Positions 19,462-26,876 of a stretch of DNA of 36,618 nucleotides are shown in pieces. The DNA is taken from the IMG/VR virus record IMGVR_UViG_2602041909_000007, one strand, 5' to 3'. Numbering within the stretch: the first letter of the stretch is position 1; every line of letters begins with the position of its first letter. A model generated the notes under the pieces. That model was not told where the DNA came from. It worked only from the letters and a program-made list of their open reading frames with translations, and did no database searches. The position numbers were made by a program, and so were the translations under genes. This DNA is from a virus. Taxonomy: Duplodnaviria > Heunggongvirae > Uroviricota > Caudoviricetes.

Positions 19462-20475
19462 TCAGGCGATGGTGACCGCAGACTCATCTACGGCAGCATA
19501 TAAATCCGGATCGCCCAGGGCGTACCCCTCGTAACGCCAGTATGAGTTTTCGAACTGTTTGCGATCGCCCACATCTTCTGCCTTGCGGCGGCGGGAGCCT
19601 TTCAGCGTCAGGATCTGCAGGTTTGGCAGCATGGTCACCACCATACGTTTGCCCGGCATAAACGGCGGAATGATGGCCTTGCGGCCTGCAATGTTCTTCG
19701 TCAGCAACTGTGCGGCCACTTTTTCGGTAGGCTTATCCTCTTTGTTGTAGAGGCGTAGTTCTTCAGCAGCCACAAGGTCTGCGCCGACCAGTACGGTAAG
19801 TCGTGGGTCGTTGTGATACTGTGCCGGGATGTAAGTGCGGATCAGGTCTGAGGCCATGGCATCAAGACCGACATAATCGCCGCCTTCGCCCAGGGTAACG
19901 GCGTCTGTCAGAATACGGGAGGTATTGCCGGGCTGTTCTCCCCACTTTTTGGCGATTTCATGCCAGCCGATGTTGACGTCTTCGCCGTTCGGGTGACTTT
20001 CCGGGTCAGAGTTTTCCGCTGCTGTTTTACCGTTAAAGCCAATGCGCAGCATATCCAGCGCAAAGTTGGTAACGGCGGCGGAGTTCATCAGGTTGAAAAA
20101 TTCCTGCGGGCTGCCGGCATTCGCCCAGATGGCGAGTTGTTCCCAGGTGATCACGCAGCAGGAATCAGTTTCAACGAGTTTAAATTCGTTGCCTTTGATG
20201 CCCGAACCTTTAGCGAAACGACCGCTTTTCACGCGACCGGTGCGCAGTGTGGATTCGCCCACGGTGACGACCTGCCCCTGCGGGTGCGGAACGTCCATGC
20301 AGGTGATGAAACTCAGAAACTCCGTGCTTTCCAGCAGGGCTTTACGCAGAGCAATACTGCGTGGCTCGGTCAGCGAAAAGAAACGATCGCTTGATTTCCC
20401 GCAGTCACTGAATGTTTTTTGCAGTTCGCTGATGTACTGATTAACCAGCTTTTGTGCTTCTGGTGTCATGTTCAT
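19462..20475 (-). CDS. N: Major capsid protein (P2 gpN-like, 337 aa)
   Basis: Position after scaffold gene; size close to P2 gpN. Confidence 0.85.
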   Translation of the reverse strand: MNMTPEAQKLVNQYISELQKTFSDCGKSSDRFFSLTEPRSIALRKALLESTEFLSFITCMDVPHPQGQVVTVGESTLRTGRVKSGRFAKGSGIKGNEFKLVETDSCCVITWEQLAIWANAGSPQEFFNLMNSAAVTNFALDMLRIGFNGKTAAENSDPESHPNGEDVNIGWHEIAKKWGEQPGNTSRILTDAVTLGEGGDYVGLDAMASDLIRTYIPAQYHNDPRLTVLVGADLVAAEELRLYNKEDKPTEKVAAQLLTKNIAGRKAIIPPFMPGKRMVVTMLPNLQILTLKGSRRRKAEDVGDRKQFENSYWRYEGYALGDPDLYAAVDESAVTIA

Positions 20476-20489
20476 TGCGTTCTCTCCGG

Positions 20490-21380
20490 TTACACCAGGT
20501 TAAAAGTTTCGCCACCGGCCGGATTGTTGCCCGGCAGCTTCGTGGCGTCCTTGCTGAGTTCAGCAAATGCGGTTTCCATACTGGTAACCTTCTCCGCGAT
20601 GGCGTTCACTGTGGAGAACAGCTTTTCGCCCTGCTCGGTGGTCAGCGTGAAGGTTTTGTCGTCCTTGTTGTTCTGTTCTGCGTTGTCCTGCCCCTGATCG
20701 CCGGTGCTGCCTTCCGGCTTGTTATCACTGGTATCTTTCGGGGCATCCTTCGCGCTGAACTGCGCGACGTTTTCTTCCAGTTTGTCCAGGCGTTCGCCGG
20801 TTTTGTTGATAGCGTCCATCAACTGGCCGAACTGTTTTTCGTTCATATCGTTTTCCTGTTTGTTGCGTCCCACGGAGAAAAGGCCGGAAAAGAAACTGCG
20901 TTTGGCCTGCTCGTCGTCAGACTGCAGCGTGAAATTCAGTTCTTCTGCATTCCCCATGTGAATGGAATCTCCCTGCGAAAATTGCAGGCGGGTGGTGTTG
21001 ATGCTGGCCGGTGTGTCAGTCACAGCGATACCGGATACAAAGAATTTGCCTGTTCCCAGGTAGTTTTCCTTTACCTCTATGGAGGTGAAAAGTTTTTGTC
21101 CAGCCTCGTTGGCTTCGGTCAGAAAGCGGTTGGGTATCAGGCGGGCTTTCAGCTGCACTTTATCACCGACTTTTTCCGCCTTCAGTGCATCAACAAGACC
21201 ATAGTTATTGGTGAAAGCACGCCAGCCGGCGCTGGCATGAAACGGCCAGAGCATGGCGGTGTGTTCGTCCGGGTTATAAACCTCGGCGGCATCCGTCAGC
21301 CACTTTGGATCAATTTCCCGACCGTCGATGGTGGGGCCTGAAGTGGCTACGACCACCCAGTCTGTTTTCAGTTTCGACAT
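20490..21380 (-). CDS. O: Capsid scaffolding protein (P2 gpO-like, 296 aa)
   Basis: First gene of minus-strand late operon divergent from terminase; acidic, coiled-coil-rich C-terminal half; conserved GIAVTDTPAS-type segment as in gpO. Confidence 0.8.
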   Translation of the reverse strand: MSKLKTDWVVVATSGPTIDGREIDPKWLTDAAEVYNPDEHTAMLWPFHASAGWRAFTNNYGLVDALKAEKVGDKVQLKARLIPNRFLTEANEAGQKLFTSIEVKENYLGTGKFFVSGIAVTDTPASINTTRLQFSQGDSIHMGNAEELNFTLQSDDEQAKRSFFSGLFSVGRNKQENDMNEKQFGQLMDAINKTGERLDKLEENVAQFSAKDAPKDTSDNKPEGSTGDQGQDNAEQNNKDDKTFTLTTEQGEKLFSTVNAIAEKVTSMETAFAELSKDATKLPGNNPAGGETFNLV

Positions 21381-21574
21381 CTGAATTAACCCGCTGATAA
21401 AAATTAAACTGGCGTTATTTAACGGAGAAATAAAAATGTCGTCATCTGATTAATTTCCGGTACTTTCGGATATGCGTATATATCCGAAAAATACCGAAAA
21501 GCGATATTCGTTTTTAAAAAAGCCTTTGCTGAAAATGCATAAATTAAAATTGCATCAGCAGGTGAGGTTTATTT
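21381..21574. promoter_or_regulatory. Divergent late promoter region between scaffold (O) and terminase (P) with a large inverted repeat
   Basis: AT-rich 194-bp intergenic region; near-perfect palindrome TTTCGGATAT-gcgtat-ATATCCGAAA at ~21454-21479 (extended ~21449-21485). Confidence 0.5.
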
Positions 21575-23362
21575 ATGGCGTATTCTGATGAGGTGATTGC
21601 TGCTGCAAAATCGCTCTATCTGAAAAGGCACACACCAAAAGAAATACAAAAGAAACTCGGACTGAACAGCCCGCGAATTGTTTATTACTGGGCGACAAAG
21701 TTTGAGTGGTACACGCAGCTCAATACGGAAGGTGTGGAGGATGTTATCGCCCGGCGTCTCGCTGTACTGGCGGAGCGTGACCATAAAACGCCGGAAGAAC
21801 ACGATGAACTCGACCGCCTGATTGGTCATCACGTCAAACTAATGTCGGTCAGAAACAAGCACACGGAACGAATGGCTGAGATTGCGCGAATGGGAGTGGA
21901 CATCCCCCAGCCGGGCCGTTATGGAAAAGAAGAACGCGGAGAAAAAGGTGCAGGTAAGAAAGAGCGTCCCCGCAAAACTAATGACGTTTCCGGACTGACT
22001 GCTGAAAGTTTTGAGCCGTTTACGAAGAAGTTGTTTGCTTATCAGTTGCGCCTGCGTGAAAACAAATTCCGCCGTGTACGCAACCTGCTTAAATCCCGTC
22101 AGATTGGGGCGACGTATTACTTCGCGTTTGAGGCGTTTGAAGATGCGGTATTAACCGGCGACACACAGATATTTTTATCGGCATCAAAACGTCAGGCCGA
22201 AGTGTTCCGTACTTATATTGTAAAAATTGCACAAACAGAGTTTGGCATTCCCATTAAAGGCAATCCGGTTAAGTTAAGTAATTTGGCTGAACTGTATTTT
22301 CTGGCGACCAACAGCAACACGGCACAGTCAAACAGCGGCCACCTGTACATTGACGAATACCTGTGGATCCCCGGTTTTCGCCGTCTCAATGAAGTGGCGT
22401 CAGGGATGGCCACCCATAAACACTGGCGCATTACCTATTTCTCCACGCCGTCATCCAAAACACACCAGGGTTATCCGTTCTGGTCTGGCGATGAATGGCG
22501 CAAAGGTGATCCGAAACGAAAAGGGGTTGAGTTTCCGTCCTTTGATGAACTGCGTGATGGCGGGCGCGAATGCCCGGACGGTCAGTGGCGCTATGTGGTT
22601 ACGCTGGAAGATGCCATTGCCGGCGGCTTTAACCTTGCTGACATCAACGAGCTGCGCGAGCGATACAACGAAACAGCGTTCAATATGCTGTTTATGTGTG
22701 TGTTTGTGGATGACAAAGAGAGCGTCTTTAAATTCGATGACCTCGTGCGCTGTGGCGTTGATGTCAGTACGTGGGAGGATTTTCACCCGGAAGAACCCAT
22801 GCCATTTGGTAACCGTGAGGTGTGGGGTGGCTTTGACCCTGCGCGCTCCGGCGATAACGCCACGTTTGTGGTGCTGGCACCGCCGCTGGTTTCGGCAGAA
22901 CGATTCCGCGTGCTGGAAAAACACCACTGGCGCAGTATGTCATTCCAGTTTATGGCAGAGCGTATCCGCAGCATTAAGGCGCGCTATAACATGACATTTA
23001 TCGGCATTGACGTCACCGGTCTTGGCTACGGTGTCTTTGAGCTGGTTCAGGGATTTGCCCGCCGTGAAACAGTGGCCATTCATTACAGCGTTGAATCCAA
23101 AAACCGCCTGGTGATGAAGATGCTGGATCTGATTTACGCCAACCGTATTGAGTGGGATGAAGAAGCCACAGATATTCCGGCATCGTTCCTGGCCATTCGT
23201 CAGGAGTCCACTAACAGTGGCAATAAAGTCACTTTCACCGCCGAACGTAGCGAAAAAACCGGGCACGCAGACATCTTCTTTGCCATAGCTCATGCCGCAA
23301 GTAATGAACCCCTGAACTATAAGCACAAGCGCAAATCAACATGGATCCTGTCAGATGAGTAA
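21575..23362 (+). CDS. P: Terminase large (ATPase) subunit (P2 gpP-like, 595 aa)
   Basis: Size matches P2 gpP (590 aa); divergent from O; followed by portal with overlapping stop/start. Confidence 0.9.
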   Translation: MAYSDEVIAAAKSLYLKRHTPKEIQKKLGLNSPRIVYYWATKFEWYTQLNTEGVEDVIARRLAVLAERDHKTPEEHDELDRLIGHHVKLMSVRNKHTERMAEIARMGVDIPQPGRYGKEERGEKGAGKKERPRKTNDVSGLTAESFEPFTKKLFAYQLRLRENKFRRVRNLLKSRQIGATYYFAFEAFEDAVLTGDTQIFLSASKRQAEVFRTYIVKIAQTEFGIPIKGNPVKLSNLAELYFLATNSNTAQSNSGHLYIDEYLWIPGFRRLNEVASGMATHKHWRITYFSTPSSKTHQGYPFWSGDEWRKGDPKRKGVEFPSFDELRDGGRECPDGQWRYVVTLEDAIAGGFNLADINELRERYNETAFNMLFMCVFVDDKESVFKFDDLVRCGVDVSTWEDFHPEEPMPFGNREVWGGFDPARSGDNATFVVLAPPLVSAERFRVLEKHHWRSMSFQFMAERIRSIKARYNMTFIGIDVTGLGYGVFELVQGFARRETVAIHYSVESKNRLVMKMLDLIYANRIEWDEEATDIPASFLAIRQESTNSGNKVTFTAERSEKTGHADIFFAIAHAASNEPLNYKHKRKSTWILSDE

Positions 23363-24389
23363 AAAGAAAAAATCCCCCGTGCTACACGATGGCGTGGCAA
23401 AAAAAACAGCCAGCAAAATGACGTTTATTGAATTTGGTGACCCGGAACCAGTCGCTGCATGGGGCTGTTATTACGGCTCGCTCTGGGATGGCTATAACGG
23501 CTGGTACACGCCGCCCATTGAGCGCATGGATCTCGCTATGTTGGCCAATATCGCACCGTATCACGGCGCGGTATTGCGTGCGCGCGTCAATATGATCATG
23601 CAGGGTTTTCGGGGGGGCGGTGGTATGACACACGCCGCCATGGCGGCAGCGGTGACCAATCTGCTGATATTCGGGGATATGGGTCTGCTTAAAGTGCGCA
23701 ATGGCTTCGGTCTGGTAGTGCGCCTGCACACACTGCCGTCGCTGTACCTGCGGCGTAACAACGAGGGTGGCACGGTGATTGTGCAGGCGGCACTGGAAGA
23801 TCTCGTTTACCCGCCAGGCGAAGTGGTGTTCGTGGCCATTTATGACCCGCAACAGCAGGTTTACGGTGTACCGGATTATATTCACGGGATGGAATCCGCC
23901 ATGCTGAATGTGGATGCCACCCGCTTTCGCCGCAAGTATTACAAGAACGGCGCACATCTTGGTTATATCCTGTATTCCACTGACCCGGACATGGATCCCG
24001 AGCTCGAGGCGGAATTCCGTAAAAAGATAGAGGCGTCAAAAGGGGCGGGCAATTTTAAATCCATGTTTATCAATATACCGGGCGGAGACAAAGAAGGCGT
24101 TAAGGTGATCCCTATCGGGGATTCAGGTACAAAAGATGAGTTCCTGAATATAAAAACCATCAGTGCCCAGGATCAGCTCGTCGCGCACCGTTTCCCACCC
24201 GGACTTGCCGGCATCATTCCCGCAAATACGGCCGGGCTTGGTGACCCACTGAAATCCCGCGAGGCATATTACAGGGATGAGGTTATCCCGATGCGCCGCC
24301 TGATTATGGAGGGGATCAACAGCGACCCGGATATCAGACGACTGGGGGAGGTGAAATTTATTCTTGATTTTGATGAACCCATGGAGTGA
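23355..24389 (+). CDS. Q: Portal vertex protein (P2 gpQ-like, 344 aa)
   Basis: Exactly the length of P2 gpQ (344 aa); P-then-Q transcription order as in P2. Confidence 0.9.
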   Translation: MSKKKKSPVLHDGVAKKTASKMTFIEFGDPEPVAAWGCYYGSLWDGYNGWYTPPIERMDLAMLANIAPYHGAVLRARVNMIMQGFRGGGGMTHAAMAAAVTNLLIFGDMGLLKVRNGFGLVVRLHTLPSLYLRRNNEGGTVIVQAALEDLVYPPGEVVFVAIYDPQQQVYGVPDYIHGMESAMLNVDATRFRRKYYKNGAHLGYILYSTDPDMDPELEAEFRKKIEASKGAGNFKSMFINIPGGDKEGVKVIPIGDSGTKDEFLNIKTISAQDQLVAHRFPPGLAGIIPANTAGLGDPLKSREAYYRDEVIPMRRLIMEGINSDPDIRRLGEVKFILDFDEPME

Positions 24390-24454
24390 TGTGCGGTATG
24401 GGGAAAGAGCGGGTAAAATCGGTGGCAGTAAAACGCTGTTCCGGGAGGTGGAAA

Positions 24455-24712
24455 ATGCGCAGACAGAAAGCGCGATGTCATTGCTGCGGTGCACATGCAG
24501 TGATTGAGAAAACAGCCTGGAAAACCGATCAGTTTGCTGATGTGTATTACCGTTGCACCCGTCTCGAGTGCGGACATACCTGGGTGATGAATCTGACCTA
24601 CTCGCACACACTGGTGCCCAGCGGGCTGGAGAATGGTGTGTTAAAGCTGTTGATTGAGCGGATGCGTCCGGAAGAAAAACAAATGGCTCTGGAGTTGTTG
24701 CAGGCCGGATAG
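24455..24712 (+). CDS. ogr: Ogr/Delta-family zinc-finger late-gene transcription activator (85 aa)
   Basis: Start at ATG 24455 with GGAGG SD; CHCCGAH…(22 aa)…CTRLECGH matches C-x2-C…C-x4-C zinc finger of P2 Ogr (CPLCQHAAH…CQNVNCSATF). Confidence 0.7.
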   Translation: MRRQKARCHCCGAHAVIEKTAWKTDQFADVYYRCTRLECGHTWVMNLTYSHTLVPSGLENGVLKLLIERMRPEEKQMALELLQAG

Positions 24713-24732
24713 CTGACGCGCTTCGCTTGTCC

Positions 24733-24785
24733 AACCCGGAACGGGCGCACAAAGAATTTGCGCACCCGTTCCGGGTTTTCTTATT
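24733..24785 (+). terminator. Strong rho-independent terminator after ogr
   Basis: Long imperfect palindrome CCCGGAACGGGCGC-acaaagaatt-TGCGCACCCGTTCCGGG followed by TTTTCTTATT. Confidence 0.7.
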
Positions 24786-25140
24786 CAATGGCAGACAACT
24801 GATAATTTGTGTCTTCCTGCAGGCTGGTTAAAGAAATATTATCCAGTGCAGCCAGAATAACGTGCTGTGTATATAATCCGGAACATTTCATTGCCCGGAC
24901 AATATCACCAACACTGTAATTTTCTTTTGTCGGGATATATCCACCACCCGGGCCGCGTGTGGCTTTTACCAGGCTACTTTCCCGTAAATATCTGAATATT
25001 TGCTCCAGATATGACAGTGAAACGGTTTCTTTGCTTAATTGCCGGAGTGAGATTGGCTTTCCGGTGTACTGTTTCACAAATTTAATCATTACCATAACTG
25101 CAACTGATGCACGCTGGCTTCCGGAATTATCTTTCATCAT
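24781..25140 (-). CDS. Rrf2-family transcriptional regulator (120 aa)
   Basis: [29 protein letters not shown] closely matches Rrf2/IscR wHTH signature ([29 protein letters not shown]); start set at ATGATG 25140 with SD; no Cys cluster. Confidence 0.8.
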   Translation of the reverse strand: [119 protein letters not shown]

Positions 25141-25151
25141 GATTACTTCCA

Positions 25152-25439
25152 TTAATGGCATAAATTGATGGGGCGGGTCAGTGAATAAAGAGGCAATACA
25201 TTCCATCCCTTAGAGCGCCAGCTGTCTGCAACATCTTTACTTCTTGTTATCGCCGGTATTCCAATAGGATTATTTGCGTGCATCCATGCCACTGGCTCTG
25301 CTTCCAGTGATGCAAGTGCGATTTCCAGTGCGATTAACATATTGTGATCGTCTTCATCAAGACCGAACGGGATGTCTTCGCGCCACGATTTAAACTCTGT
25401 GATTTTACGTTGTAACCATTCTTTGGTAATGGTGGACAT
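25152..25439 (-). CDS. Hypothetical protein (95 aa)
   Basis: ORF with AGGAG SD before ATG at 25439; Trp-rich C-terminal region; no confident family. Confidence 0.45.
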   Translation of the reverse strand: MSTITKEWLQRKITEFKSWREDIPFGLDEDDHNMLIALEIALASLEAEPVAWMHANNPIGIPAITRSKDVADSWRSKGWNVLPLYSLTRPINLCH

Positions 25440-25453
25440 AGTTACTCCTGTTT

Positions 25454-25768
25454 TCACTTCGGGAAAAACGCCTGAATATTCTTTTTCACCTGCTGCATAT
25501 GGGGGGCGCTGTCTGCTGCTGGTTGCGCCGGTTTTTCAGGCTGTACTGGTAGCGGTGGCATCCGTATTTCGTCTTCTGACCATTCTGCCAGCGAATACGC
25601 CAACGCGGGGGTGCGTTTTATAAGAGCCAGTCCAGCCAGAAAAGCCGCGCGTTGTGCGCGGCTGCGTTCGGAGGCTGGCAGGCTGTCGAGGTAACTGCAC
25701 GCCTCCCGTTCGCTCTTGACGACGGCGGGCTTCAGATAGAAACTTATCCGTCTGGTTGGTGTCGTCAT
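25454..25768 (-). CDS. parR: ParR-like centromere-binding adaptor (104 aa)
   Basis: Immediately downstream of parM homolog; LDSLPASERSRAQRAAFLAGLAL resembles R1 ParR (LDSIPQGERSRLNRAALTAGLAL); start at ATG 25768 with AGGAG SD. Confidence 0.7.
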   Translation of the reverse strand: MTTPTRRISFYLKPAVVKSEREACSYLDSLPASERSRAQRAAFLAGLALIKRTPALAYSLAEWSEDEIRMPPLPVQPEKPAQPAADSAPHMQQVKKNIQAFFPK

Positions 25769-25772
25769 TGAT

Positions 25773-26732
25773 TTACTCCTTGTCCATTGCGTACAGCCCA
25801 TTAACCAGAGCAAACTGTGGCACCCCGTCCGCGATGAAAGTCGCATTAACTCCGCAGGCTTCGCGGATAGCGGGTGCCACAATCTCCGCTCCTCCACCTA
25901 CAACCATCACCCGCCCGTAACCCGAAAAAACCGCCAGCGCGCGGATCACGCGTTGTTTCAGTGTTTCCTCCTTTTCACGAATAACTGCCATCAGGCTGGC
26001 GTAATGCGCGTCATTGTGGATGTGCTGGCGCAGCCAGGCTTCATCGTGGCGATGTTCGATAATGGTATTGGCGATGTGGTGACTGGTGCGCATACCGTTG
26101 GTGGCCATCACCGACAGCACGGCATCGGCCATCAGAGAAACGCCTACGTGTGGATCGCAAAACACCTGGCTGATACCTGCCAGTTGCCCCTGAACCTTTG
26201 CCACATCCAGCGTGGTTCCGCCCAAATCCACAATCAGCAGGGATTCAAACGGACTCATGTCAGCCAGTGCCTTAAAACCAGCCGGAATGGATTCAGGCAT
26301 AACCCGCACGTTACGGATAGTGAATGCCTCGCCGTTCTGGTACTCCACCGGGCGCATAACGTTCGCTTTTTTGCGGTTGATGTTGGCCATGTCCGGCTGT
26401 GCGTTTGTGTCGAAATACTCGCTCAGTGGCAGGGTAACAACCACATCCACTTCCTGTGGTGTGATGCCTGATTTGACCAGCGCGTGGTGAATGGCGATTA
26501 CATTCACATCGCTGTACTGGTATTGCGTGTCGGTCGTCTGGACAAAGCGATCGCTGACCGGATCAAAACCATAGCGCACGCCATCAAGCATGTAGTTCGC
26601 GGGCTGCGTGCCACCGAACGGCGCAGACCATTCCGACTTGAAGCTGTTCGGGCTGATGGCGTTGCGGCGTTCGCCGTTCTCAGTCCATGCCAGCTTGATG
26701 TTGGTGGAGCCGTCGTCGATACAAATTTTCAT
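25773..26732 (-). CDS. parM: ParM/StbA-family actin-like segregation ATPase (319 aa)
   Basis: Near-colinear similarity to plasmid R1 ParM as recalled: IDDGSTNIKL, ISPNSFK, YSDVNV.A.HHAL, VMPESIPAG, DLGGTTLD, GGGAE, LVNG.Y. Confidence 0.9.
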   Translation of the reverse strand: MKICIDDGSTNIKLAWTENGERRNAISPNSFKSEWSAPFGGTQPANYMLDGVRYGFDPVSDRFVQTTDTQYQYSDVNVIAIHHALVKSGITPQEVDVVVTLPLSEYFDTNAQPDMANINRKKANVMRPVEYQNGEAFTIRNVRVMPESIPAGFKALADMSPFESLLIVDLGGTTLDVAKVQGQLAGISQVFCDPHVGVSLMADAVLSVMATNGMRTSHHIANTIIEHRHDEAWLRQHIHNDAHYASLMAVIREKEETLKQRVIRALAVFSGYGRVMVVGGGAEIVAPAIREACGVNATFIADGVPQFALVNGLYAMDKE

Positions 26733-26763
26733 GTCGCTTTTCCTTATGTTGATTAATTAATCG

Positions 26764-26876
26764 TTTACGGGATTTTTAAATCCCGTTTTCGCCTGTTTTG
26801 TGCGCGCTTCATATATCGCGGCGCGTTTTTTGCTCATTTACGGGATTTGTGAATCCCGTTTCTGTCTGTTTTTTGT
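26764..26876. repeat. Two ~38-bp direct repeats each containing palindrome ACGGGATTT(n)AAATCCCGT; candidate parC-like centromere / ParR binding sites
   Basis: tttacgggatttttaaatcccgtttt (26764-26789) and tttacgggatttgtgaatcccgtttc (26838-26863); first copy is intergenic upstream of parM, second lies in the last ~20 codons of the gpA-like ORF. Confidence 0.4.

Noticed and set aside
18689-19534. 281-aa ORF on plus strand
   Set aside because: Antisense to gpM/gpN-like genes, which have far stronger support from P2 gene order.
20454-21341. 295-aa ORF on plus strand
   Set aside because: Antisense to the scaffold gene (gpO-like).
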